This document shows positions 54,732-63,367 of a stretch of DNA of 64,000 nucleotides, piece by piece. How positions within the stretch are numbered: position 1 is the stretch's first letter; each line of letters starts with the position of its first letter. Source of the DNA: Patescibacteria group bacterium (GTDB lineage Bacteria; Patescibacteriota; Minisyncoccia; Phycocordibacterales; DATDWN01); NCBI GenBank assembly GCA_040384485.1, contig JAZKJH010000002.1:231951-295950 (forward strand). The letters run 5' to 3'. The notes beneath the pieces were generated by a model. That model saw only the letters and a list, made by a program, of their open reading frames with translations. It was not told the DNA's origin and made no database searches. A program made the translations under genes and the position numbers.

Positions 54732-56021
54732 TTAGTAGTTTGCTTGTATGTAAGCTCGAGTAATCGGACCAAAGTTACCCAAGGCAGGATTAACACCAAC
54801 ATTGGCCTGGAACTCTGCTAACGCAGCTCGAGTAAGTACACCAAAGTATGAAGTTGCACCAACTCTAGCAAGAGCTTTTGCAGATGCACCTATATCAAGA
54901 GAAATTAGAAAATCTTGAAGAGTCTTTACGTCTCCTCCTCTACTGCCCACACCAAGACTCATAGCGATAAGCTTGATTGGGTTTGGTGGGTTAGCTCCTG
55001 ACTGTGCTGATTGCATTATTTGAATCTGCGCCATCAAAACACTCAACTGTGCCTCAAGTGCAGCTCTTTGTTCTGCAGTACCTGAGTTCGAATTTGAAGT
55101 AGTATTTGTAGAAGTGTTTGATGGAGTGTTTGTTGTAGTTTGATTGTTTGTATTTGATGTAACAACTGGCGAGTTCGGGTTTGTAGTTCCCGAATTAGTG
55201 TTACTTGTTGAAGTAACAGTAACAACTGGTTCAACTACTGGAACAACTACTGTAGCTGTTCCTTCTGACTTTGTAATTGAGTTTGAATCGAGAGTCACTG
55301 CTGTTTGAGCCAATGCTCTACCATTTAGACTTGCACCAGTGTTAAACACAATCGCTGTCTTTCCGAGTATGTTTCCATTAAAAGCAGCTGTTGTACCGAT
55401 AGTAACCTGTCCACCTACAATCCAGTAGACATTGTTTGCCTGAGCACCACCAGATAGAACTATGTTTACACCAGAACTCACATCTAGAGTTTGTGCTATT
55501 TGGAAAATCCAAATATCATTTGGTCCACCAGACAAAGTTACATTACTTGGAACAATAACTCCGGTTCCCCATTTGTATAAACCAGGTGTAATAGTAAGAC
55601 CTCCAATGTTACCAGCACCTAACTCTGTTGCAGTCGGGTTAGTTCTTCCAGCTCCATCTGTGTATGCTGTTTCCATATCACCTATTGCTGTTATTAAATT
55701 ACTTGGAGTTGGATCTGCATACCCAGGAGCATATATTTTCCCTGTTACTATTGCAGATGTTGAAAATGCAGAAGCAGATGGAAGTGATAAAGCGAAACCT
55801 GTTATTGCACTAGCTGAGATAGGACTGACTCCCAAGTCTCCTGTAACCATAGTAGTTCCTGTAGTTGAAACTCCTGTTTTAGATAGTATTACAAAGTTTC
55901 CAGCAGTTCCTAGGTTTATAGCACCTGGTCCAGCTGCCAAAGCAGTGTTAGAAGCAGTAATCCCAAAAAGAGAGAACATTAGTAAAAACGCGAGTAACGA
56001 ATACTTGTTATTTTTTTTCAT
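54732..56021 (-). CDS. secreted DUF3494 (ice-binding-like) domain protein with a Thr/Asn/Ser-rich linker and a C-terminal peptidoglycan-binding domain
   Basis: Signal peptide. LGTAGNFVILSKTGVSTTGTTMVTGDLGVSP. C-terminal LGVGSRGGDVKTLQDFL...YFGVLTRAALAEFQ. Confidence 0.7.
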   Translation of the reverse strand: MKKNNKYSLLAFLLMFSLFGITASNTALAAGPGAINLGTAGNFVILSKTGVSTTGTTMVTGDLGVSPISASAITGFALSLPSASAFSTSAIVTGKIYAPGYADPTPSNLITAIGDMETAYTDGAGRTNPTATELGAGNIGGLTITPGLYKWGTGVIVPSNVTLSGGPNDIWIFQIAQTLDVSSGVNIVLSGGAQANNVYWIVGGQVTIGTTAAFNGNILGKTAIVFNTGASLNGRALAQTAVTLDSNSITKSEGTATVVVPVVEPVVTVTSTSNTNSGTTNPNSPVVTSNTNNQTTTNTPSNTSTNTTSNSNSGTAEQRAALEAQLSVLMAQIQIMQSAQSGANPPNPIKLIAMSLGVGSRGGDVKTLQDFLISLDIGASAKALARVGATSYFGVLTRAALAEFQANVGVNPALGNFGPITRAYIQANY

Positions 56022-56234
56022 TATTATTAAATTATTTTGTGATTAAACCTAAACCTTAGACGACTCGTAAACAGAACGCTTACAATAAACTTAACTTAGG
56101 TAGTAACGACCACTTACAAATACCAAATAAAAGTAGATAGCCAGAACGAGTTATCATGAATCGTATGATTCATCCGCAATATCTTATATATAGTATATCA
56201 CAACTAGTAAAAATAATTTAATCTTATTTTAACT

Positions 56235-56765
56235 TTAATCAATAAATTTTATTGTTTCGAACATTTCATCTACAAGATTATCTAGCTCGAAAGAACCTTG
56301 CTCTGTCTCACAAAGAGTCTTAGCGGCTTCGTCATAGTTGGCACATTGCGGATATCTCAGAGTAAATTCCATCCCTACAGTCTTATCATCAACTTCTTTC
56401 TCATAAACATACTTTGTGTATGTACTGCCTGCTGCTCCCTCAGAAGCCTTTGTAATACAATAATTATCACCATTTATCCGAGCTAAAGTAATTTGCCCTA
56501 CCCCAACTACACCTACCTGGGTTTCTGCACAAGCAAGTTTTCCTTGCGAAACTTTTGCAATGGGTGGCCAGTCAGTAGGTGTTATATAAGTCTTTCCTAT
56601 GCTCTCCGGGTACATAAACTCAACTTTTTGCGCAAGATTGGTTTGAGTTTTCCATCCAGCATTAATCCCGACAGCATCATCCTTTTTTGTAAAATAAAGA
56701 AGTCCAAATACTACAATTATTATAATTCCAAAACCTAATATATATTTTTGTATTGGTTTATCCAT
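56235..56765 (-). CDS. hypothetical secreted protein
   Basis: Signal/TM segment. Confidence 0.5.
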   Translation of the reverse strand: MDKPIQKYILGFGIIIIVVFGLLYFTKKDDAVGINAGWKTQTNLAQKVEFMYPESIGKTYITPTDWPPIAKVSQGKLACAETQVGVVGVGQITLARINGDNYCITKASEGAAGSTYTKYVYEKEVDDKTVGMEFTLRYPQCANYDEAAKTLCETEQGSFELDNLVDEMFETIKFID

Positions 56766-56869
56766 AGTCTAACTATAGACAAGAGCTAAACATTTTAATA
56801 GACCACACAGCTTTTATTTTGTGTTCTAATATTAAATTTAGATTAAATTAATAATCTTTTACTATGTGC

Positions 56870-57301
56870 CTATAAATTGCCCTCTACGGACTTTTTGAAG
56901 TTATCTAGTATCACCTGCCAGCCATTTCTCTGTAGTTCTTCGGTATTCTCACTTTCCATTTCGAACTCTTCTGTCACGACAACATCCTCCCCTACTTTTT
57001 CAAACTTTGTAGATACAGTTCTGTTATCACCCATCGTGTAGTCTACTTGCTCCAGCGGAATAACTTTTGTGTAAACAGCAGTTAGATCAAAAGAGCTTGT
57101 TCCATCTTTTGCTGACATACGAGTTAACATCTCCCCACCTTCTTTCAAATCTACTTCCGCATGTGGGCATTCCCAGTCATCTGATGCAAAAGCCCATTTA
57201 GTTATGTGAACAGGATTATTCCAATAATCCCAAACTTTTTCTATTGGTGCTGAAATTTTTGTTTGAACTGTGATTTTTTTCATATGTTTATATAATACCA
57301 A
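56870..57301 (-). CDS. SRPBCC (AHSA1-like) protein
   Basis: ISAPIEKVWDYWNNP at the N-terminus. Confidence 0.6.
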   Translation of the reverse strand: MVLYKHMKKITVQTKISAPIEKVWDYWNNPVHITKWAFASDDWECPHAEVDLKEGGEMLTRMSAKDGTSSFDLTAVYTKVIPLEQVDYTMGDNRTVSTKFEKVGEDVVVTEEFEMESENTEELQRNGWQVILDNFKKSVEGNL

Positions 57302-57305
57302 AGTG

Positions 57306-57785
57306 TTAATTGTGAAGCTCCTGCATAATACTCTTTAAGTCCAACGGTTCGGTAACCATCTCCACCATTCCGTCATTTCCAACTTTCCATTCTTCTCTTG
57401 GCCTGTCTGCGTAAATCTCAACACCGTTTCCGTCTGGATCTCGAAGGTATACTGCTTCGCTAACTCCGTGGTCTGAAGCACCATCTAGTGGGTACTCTGC
57501 ATCGACTAACTTTTTTAATACCTTTGCCAATTCAAGCCTGGATGGATACAAAAAAGCTACATGGAACATCCCAGTGTGGCCTCTTGGTGCAGGTGTAGCA
57601 TCCTTCCCAGCCCAAGTATTCAACCCTATGTGGTGATGATACCCACCAGCAGAAAGAAATACCGCTGACTCACCATAGCGTGCTGATACTTCAAAACCTA
57701 GCAAATCACGATAAAAAGAAAGTGAACGTTCTAGGTCTGAAACTGTGAGGTGGATGTGACCGACTGTAGTTTCTTTATGTGCCAT
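57306..57785 (-). CDS. VOC-family (glyoxalase/bleomycin-resistance/dioxygenase) protein
   Basis: HIHLTVSDLERSLSFYRDLLGF. Confidence 0.7.
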   Translation of the reverse strand: MAHKETTVGHIHLTVSDLERSLSFYRDLLGFEVSARYGESAVFLSAGGYHHHIGLNTWAGKDATPAPRGHTGMFHVAFLYPSRLELAKVLKKLVDAEYPLDGASDHGVSEAVYLRDPDGNGVEIYADRPREEWKVGNDGMVEMVTEPLDLKSIMQELHN

Positions 57786-57787
57786 GA

Positions 57788-58369
57788 TTACTTTATTAAT
57801 TTTCTTCTGTAAATTGCAAAAATTATAATTACATTAACCACTAAAAGATATATCTGAAAAGCAGTATTTTGAATATCAAAAACTTTTATTGTTGGGATAA
57901 TAACAAGCACACTACAAAGAGACATGATGTACGCGATACCAGTTTCGCTTTCAGGGTTTGTCCAGGATTTCTTGATAGTAGGAATAGCCGCAAAAAAATC
58001 AGCGAGTGCTGCTAACAAAACTGCATATACTGGCAGATCTATTATCAACCAGAAAAAGAGAGCAACTAGAGAAAAGGCTCCACAAAAATAGTCGAACATG
58101 GTTGTTTTCCAATATCCGTTTTTGTTTGCAAAGGATGCAACAAGAATAATAAAAGGAACAAAACCGGCCATAAAAGTTCTGACTGTAGTCATCCAGTCTG
58201 CTCCTGAAGAAATAGCAGCGCCAACCCCAATAAGTGGTGCAACCGCCCACAGACCTTGAGAAACTCTGTTAGGTCTTGTTGTGCCTTTTAAAGTATCGTA
58301 AACATACCTATAACTACCGTAGATTGAAATACAAACAGAAATTATAATTAGGATAACGTCTAAGTTCAT
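57788..58369 (-). CDS. hypothetical membrane protein
   Basis: Five or six TM helices. Confidence 0.5.
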   Translation of the reverse strand: MNLDVILIIISVCISIYGSYRYVYDTLKGTTRPNRVSQGLWAVAPLIGVGAAISSGADWMTTVRTFMAGFVPFIILVASFANKNGYWKTTMFDYFCGAFSLVALFFWLIIDLPVYAVLLAALADFFAAIPTIKKSWTNPESETGIAYIMSLCSVLVIIPTIKVFDIQNTAFQIYLLVVNVIIIFAIYRRKLIK

Positions 58370-58386
58370 AAAATGATTTTTTAAGC

Positions 58387-59022
58387 TTAAGTTATATTAT
58401 TTAAATCAATAATTTGAAATGAATTGTTGTTCACAAAAACATACTGAGCGTCATTTAGTATTATCATTGGGACTTTCATTCCATACGCATCCTTTGGCAT
58501 CTGTTCATAACTTTCTTTAAAAGTCTCAGTTCCCCAATGTGGCATAACTAAAAAATTTATCAGCCCCATTCCTCTTGTATCAAAATGATCTTCTGTATAA
58601 AACTCTAGTGACATCCCGGGCGCAGTATCCACGGCTGCAATAAAACTCCCAGTACTAGTTCCAATATACACCCCACCTTTATCTAAAAAATCTTTTATAA
58701 AAACTTCAAATCCAGATATTCTAACTTGGTTCATCATATGCACCAAACTACCTCCTTCTACGTAAACAACGTCTACATCATTTAAGTCTTTTTTTAAATC
58801 TGCCAGGCTTTTCCCAGTAATTGAATAGTCAAAAGTATCAAAACCTGCGTCAACCATAGCTTGCTTGTTATCGCGTGACCACTGCAAATCATCTTCCTCG
58901 TGACCTTTCTCTGTTGGTGTTGTTATATATACTGTGTGCAAATTTCCACTAGAAGTTACTATTCTTTTTCCAATATCTTTCGCAACAAGTTTAACCTCGG
59001 ACGTAAGAAAGAGTTGTTTCAT
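58387..59022 (-). CDS. S51 peptidase (PepE-like), the AT-rich native-looking copy
   Basis: VYVEGG and GTSTGS motifs. Confidence 0.6.
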   Translation of the reverse strand: MKQLFLTSEVKLVAKDIGKRIVTSSGNLHTVYITTPTEKGHEEDDLQWSRDNKQAMVDAGFDTFDYSITGKSLADLKKDLNDVDVVYVEGGSLVHMMNQVRISGFEVFIKDFLDKGGVYIGTSTGSFIAAVDTAPGMSLEFYTEDHFDTRGMGLINFLVMPHWGTETFKESYEQMPKDAYGMKVPMIILNDAQYVFVNNNSFQIIDLNNIT

Positions 59023-59040
59023 AATAATATTATTATAACA

Positions 59041-59607
59041 CTACCTAAACCCTAAAATCTTGTTTTTTAAAAGATAGGAGGTAAATACTGCAAACAAAAT
59101 TGCGAACAAATAAACTCCGAGTATTTCAAAATATGTATATGGAACTGCGCGTAGCATTCCTAGAACAACAGTAAAAATCCAAGAAGTAACAGACACTGCT
59201 CCGCTTGCCAAAAGAAAAGTGGATTTATTTCGGAAAACCTCTGACTCCGCAAACTTCATACCTATATGCTTTTTCAAATTTGGAATATGAATGATATGAA
59301 ACGCAAATCCATTTAGTACAATTACTAATACAATTGTTATTTTTGCCAGAAATTTGGATGAATCCATATATCTAGCTGGGTCAGTCATGAACAAAAGAAT
59401 TCCTGAAACCAAAAGGACCCCAACACCGATCCATACTATCCGACTGTTCATTTGCATAAACTCGAGCTCAGTTTTTTCTATCACACCATCTTTTACTGTT
59501 TTGAAAAACATATTATCTCCTACAAAAGCAGCTCCTGCACCTAAAATAGCCCCAAAAACATGGAGGATAGTGTATATGGTTTTGATAGTCAAAAATTCTG
59601 GGAGCAT
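59041..59607 (-). CDS. hypothetical membrane protein
   Basis: Five TM helices. Confidence 0.5.
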   Translation of the reverse strand: MLPEFLTIKTIYTILHVFGAILGAGAAFVGDNMFFKTVKDGVIEKTELEFMQMNSRIVWIGVGVLLVSGILLFMTDPARYMDSSKFLAKITIVLVIVLNGFAFHIIHIPNLKKHIGMKFAESEVFRNKSTFLLASGAVSVTSWIFTVVLGMLRAVPYTYFEILGVYLFAILFAVFTSYLLKNKILGFR

Positions 59608-59967
59608 TTGTGTTTTTTATTGAACGTCCTTTTTCTTTGCAAAGTGAACCCAAGAAGTTGAAATGGAAACGAGCATAAGAGTTACATAAAACCAGGTTTC
59701 TTCGTAACCGTTGATTGCCCAAATAACAATGAGAGCTACCTGAGTTAAAATCAGAAGCGCAATTCCTATTTTTCTAGTTTTTGATGGCACAGGTTGTTGT
59801 ATTAAAAGTTATTAATCTGATTGAAGAACTACCTAACTAAGAAATTATATCATGTATGAGGACTAAGGAACTAGCTTGAAACGTCCAGTGTCTATACATT
59901 GACAAATCACCTTATTAGGTGTACAATACTTTATGGTAGTAGTTCATTCACAAAGGACAAGGAAAAG

Positions 59968-60777
59968 ATGATTCAGACACAGACACCGAACCAGATTCGC
60001 AGGACAGAGTTGTGGAAAAAAATCGCAGGGTACAAGTTTGAGGGACTCGAGACTCCCCTCATTGCAGACCGACTCCGAAGTTATTTCGGAAGCTCGGATC
60101 CGACCACCCAGGCATTCGCGGCGAAAGTCGCCAAAAAACATGGATGGACCAGGGATTTTGCACTGAGGGCAATCGCCGAGTACAAAAAGTTTGTATATCT
60201 CGGAGTGACCAGTCCCACCGAAGTCACTCCTCCTGCCGCAATCGACATCGTGTGGCACGAGCACCTGCACTTCACCCGTGAATACCGGGAGTTCTGTGCA
60301 AATGTGCTCGGAAGACACTTCGATCACTCACCCGAGTTGGTGTCAGCAGAAGAGCAGACTGGGGTCTTCAACGCCCAGTACAACGCGACCCTCGAACTCT
60401 ATCAGCGAGAGTTCAACATGGAACCACCGGTCGACATCTGGGGCAAGCCGAAGTTCGATGCGCGAAAGCTTCGGAACACGGATTACAAACCTCGGAAAAA
60501 AGAGCTTGTCGAGGACAGTGTCGAACTCATCAGTGACGACGTCCCGCTCCACCTGCTTTTTGATTCGCTTTTTGGAACAAAAGGTGTTCCTGGAAATCCG
60601 ACAGACTTCTCCATCGGAGATGATGGAAGGTCAGGAGGAGCTGGAAGCAGTGCTTCCTGGGATCCGCCCTCGACGCCTTCACCCACATATGAGAGCTCGC
60701 CTTCTCACGTCGATTCCAGTCCATCAGTCTCCGCTTGTTCGACTTCATCGTGTGGTGGTGGTTGTGGTGGTGACTAG
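59968..60777 (+). CDS. hypothetical protein with a DIVWHEHLHFTREY motif (DUF1399-like?) and a Ser/Gly/Cys-rich C-terminal tail (CSTSSCGGGCGGD)
   Basis: Start chosen at MIQTQT with an AAGGAAAAG ribosome-binding site. G+C-richer than the surrounding window. Confidence 0.5.
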   Translation: MIQTQTPNQIRRTELWKKIAGYKFEGLETPLIADRLRSYFGSSDPTTQAFAAKVAKKHGWTRDFALRAIAEYKKFVYLGVTSPTEVTPPAAIDIVWHEHLHFTREYREFCANVLGRHFDHSPELVSAEEQTGVFNAQYNATLELYQREFNMEPPVDIWGKPKFDARKLRNTDYKPRKKELVEDSVELISDDVPLHLLFDSLFGTKGVPGNPTDFSIGDDGRSGGAGSSASWDPPSTPSPTYESSPSHVDSSPSVSACSTSSCGGGCGGD

Positions 60778-60793
60778 TTAAGTTATCGGTTAT

Positions 60794-60826
60794 GTGCTCG
60801 GGAGTTATCTCCCGAGCACTTTTTAT
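60794..60826 (+). terminator. rho-independent terminator
   Basis: GTGCTCGGGAG-TTATC-TCCCGAGCAC followed by TTTTTATT. Confidence 0.65.
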
Positions 60827-60830
60827 TATA

Positions 60831-60856
60831 AAAAAACTGGAGCCGAAGCTCCAGTT
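60831..60856 (-). terminator. rho-independent terminator of 60862..61437
   Basis: CTGGAGC-CGAA-GCTCCAG preceded by AAAAAAA. Confidence 0.6.
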
Positions 60857-60861
60857 ACAAG

Positions 60862-61437
60862 TCATCTACGGAACGGTGCACGAAATATAACAAAAGCGGA
60901 TGCAAGCTGATCGGGGTCTGGTCGACCTTGCTTTACCAAGTGTTCCGGCAAAGGCGCACCTACTCCGTTTACGAATACATCGTTGTCCTTTCTCTTCCAG
61001 TATCTTCCCTCGGCTCCTTGTTGCAAACCCAATGGTTTGTAGAAACCAGGTCGGTCCGTCTTGGCCAGAAAGTAAATCACTTCCATGCCAACATAGTCGA
61101 ACTGGTCCCAGCAGTCACTACACAAGAAGTGTGCGACTTTCAGCTTGGGAATCCTTTGATCAAAAGTGCTGTAACCGCCCTCAGTGATATCAACTGCGAT
61201 GGAGTAATAACGTTTACCATCTTCGCAAAGTGACAAAATAGAGCTCACGACTTTCCCGTATACCAGCTCGTCGGACTGCCTGACAACATCCGCAAATTTC
61301 ATGTACGGACTTGAGTCAGTCTTAAGAACAACTTCCTCTACCCTACGTGGATAGCAAGGGTTAAAATACGAAAGGGTTGCTGGTGGAGCCTGGGGTTGAA
61401 CCGTGAGACCTGACAAGACAAACAGTAAAGAAATCAT
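60862..61437 (-). CDS. hypothetical secreted protein
   Basis: Signal peptide. G+C-richer than the surrounding window. Confidence 0.5.
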   Translation of the reverse strand: MISLLFVLSGLTVQPQAPPATLSYFNPCYPRRVEEVVLKTDSSPYMKFADVVRQSDELVYGKVVSSILSLCEDGKRYYSIAVDITEGGYSTFDQRIPKLKVAHFLCSDCWDQFDYVGMEVIYFLAKTDRPGFYKPLGLQQGAEGRYWKRKDNDVFVNGVGAPLPEHLVKQGRPDPDQLASAFVIFRAPFRR

Positions 61438-61538
61438 TGAACACCTCTCTCGCTATCCTATACCGTAGAATATTAAAAATCAAATATAAAATTGACAAAG
61501 CGAACAAATGATGTAGGATTTTCAAAGGAGGTGTTACG

Positions 61539-62045
61539 TTGAGAAAGTTTTCGCCGATACTTGCTGGTTTTTTTGCAGTTGGCATGATGCTGCTCCTATG
61601 GGTAACCGACACGCCCGAGGCTGGGGCTGAACGGTTGAAGTTTGTTCGCGAATCCCCCGCCTGGCTGTTCTACGGATTCGTGGCACTTGCTTCTGCCCCA
61701 GTCTTTGTCACTATCTGGATTTTGGTCAACCAAAAGCGTTGGTCAAGGATTGCAACTGCGGATAGTGTGCAAAATGCCAAAAAAATTGCACTCAGTTTAT
61801 GGCAAGTGCTAAGTGACCCAATGTATTCTGAGGAAAAGGGCAGTTGGACGTTTGTTAAGTTCCAACACTTTTCTTTTGGCAACTGGATTGTGATTCTTCC
61901 AGTGAGACCAGGACATCCAGATGTCGAGCAGTTTCGCTCTCTTCGTGAGGGTAACACTGTCGAGTTCGAAGCTCTTTCAAAAGGAATGGACTGCGCGCTG
62001 GAAAACGAAATCTGTGGCTTCCTGCGAATCAAATCCGTTTCCTAA
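61539..62045 (+). CDS. hypothetical membrane protein
   Basis: TTG start with a GGAGGTG ribosome-binding site. Two TM helices. Confidence 0.5.
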   Translation: MRKFSPILAGFFAVGMMLLLWVTDTPEAGAERLKFVRESPAWLFYGFVALASAPVFVTIWILVNQKRWSRIATADSVQNAKKIALSLWQVLSDPMYSEEKGSWTFVKFQHFSFGNWIVILPVRPGHPDVEQFRSLREGNTVEFEALSKGMDCALENEICGFLRIKSVS

Positions 62046-62047
62046 AA

Positions 62048-62088
62048 ACCAAACCGCAAAAGTAAACTTTTACTTTTGCGGTTTTTAT
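62048..62088 (+). terminator. rho-independent terminator
   Basis: ACCGCAAAAGTAAA / TTTACTTTTGCGGT followed by TTTTT. Confidence 0.65.
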
Positions 62089-62123
62089 ATAAATTTCATT
62101 TGCAAAAACAATATTTATTGTAA

Positions 62124-62150
62124 GAAAAAACCCCACGGTGTTCTGTGGGG
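62124..62150 (-). terminator. rho-independent terminator of 62171..62560
   Basis: CCCCAC-GGTGTTCT-GTGGGG preceded by AAAAAAA. Confidence 0.6.
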
Positions 62151-62170
62151 TTCTGAAAAGTACGGCTGAC

Positions 62171-62560
62171 CTAGCCGTGGGACATTCCGCGAATCTCAGT
62201 TTCCACCCTCGTAAGACTCAGAAGCTCAGTCAGTCCTGCTTCGATGAACAGGAGGTAGACCTTCTGGGCTGGAATGGAAGGAAGTGGGTCGGCCATGAAC
62301 TTATCTCGTGAATTCTGAACCAACACCTTCTCACGCACCGCAAAGTCCCGGGCATCGTAGAAGTAGAGTGGCGCACGATGGACTTTGCCATCCTCCATCT
62401 CGAATGACCCTGTGATCCAGCAGCCTGTTTCCAACACCTGGAAGCTAGTACCCTTCTCCACCATATCCATGACGGCCGTGAAAAAGGACTTGAGCGCCTC
62501 CTCGAACGAGGTGTGCTCCGAGATGGGTCCAGCGACGTAGACTTCAAATTTCTGCTTCAT
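62171..62560 (-). CDS. hypothetical protein
   Basis: 129-aa ORF. G+C-richer than the surrounding window. Confidence 0.45.
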   Translation of the reverse strand: MKQKFEVYVAGPISEHTSFEEALKSFFTAVMDMVEKGTSFQVLETGCWITGSFEMEDGKVHRAPLYFYDARDFAVREKVLVQNSRDKFMADPLPSIPAQKVYLLFIEAGLTELLSLTRVETEIRGMSHG

Positions 62561-62646
62561 TAGTTGATCCTCCGACTGTGAATGTGCTAAAAACCTATAT
62601 AAATAATAGCATAATAGCTAAGTTATGTCAAATATGTAGAGAAGGA

Positions 62647-63042
62647 TTAGTTTGTAGTTTTTTCTTCTTTCAGTCTGTATTTTATTATCTTGGCTATAAG
62701 TGCAGTTGGAAGTGGTTTATTGTATTCAATACGGACACAGCCTTTAGAAAAGCCTATTCCTTTTTTTGTGAGTTCTGTTTCGAAAGCTGTTACTCCTGAT
62801 GGAGTTGGGTAGAAACCTAGGTGGCCTTTCATAGCAGCGTAGTGAATAAAGTTTTTACCGTTTAGTTTAATAGTCGGCATGCCGTAACTTATCGTCTCCT
62901 CCCCTTTTGGGACAAGTTTATTTACAAGAGCTCGCATTTCTTTTACGTGTGGTAAAAAATTTTTTGGAACTTCTTTTATGTATTCGGTTATGTTTTTATA
63001 GGATTTCATATGTGGGTTATTTATTTTTCCAACGAGGAGCAA
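62647..63042 (-). CDS. DUF1801 (YdhG-like) protein
   Basis: ISYGMPTIKLNGKNFIHYAAMKGHLGFYP. The true start may be the internal MKSYKN. Confidence 0.55.
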   Translation of the reverse strand: MLLVGKINNPHMKSYKNITEYIKEVPKNFLPHVKEMRALVNKLVPKGEETISYGMPTIKLNGKNFIHYAAMKGHLGFYPTPSGVTAFETELTKKGIGFSKGCVRIEYNKPLPTALIAKIIKYRLKEEKTTN

Positions 63043-63262
63043 AACCTGCCATAAATGCGAAAAAGTGGGCTTTTATTTTACTCTCTCCTCTTGCAACTAT
63101 TGCTTTCACCATACCCCTCTTGAACTCTTTTAAATCATTCCCTTCGTAACATAGTTTTCCGTTTTTAAAACAGTAACTACAATACTGTTTTGACTCTCGG
63201 TTTTCACCTAGTGGGTCTTTACTAAATGGCATTAGGCAACTTTCACACATTTGGTTGGTCAT
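63017..63262 (-). CDS. small zinc-ribbon protein
   Basis: CESC...CSYC Cys pairs. It overlaps the downstream gene by about 25 bp. Confidence 0.45.
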   Translation of the reverse strand: MTNQMCESCLMPFSKDPLGENRESKQYCSYCFKNGKLCYEGNDLKEFKRGMVKAIVARGESKIKAHFFAFMAGFAPRWKNK

Positions 63263-63367
63263 GGGGATATTATAGCAAAAAGAGGTTTGGGGAGAAAAGA
63301 GAATTACTGCAATCGTTTACCAACAGATTACTACTCATAAATAAAAGAGTGGTGTAGGAATAATTTT

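Noticed and set aside
56130-56175. Small palindrome ATGAATC-GTAT-GATTCAT in the 54732..56021 upstream region
   Set aside because: It is a single occurrence with short AT-rich arms and cannot be distinguished from chance.
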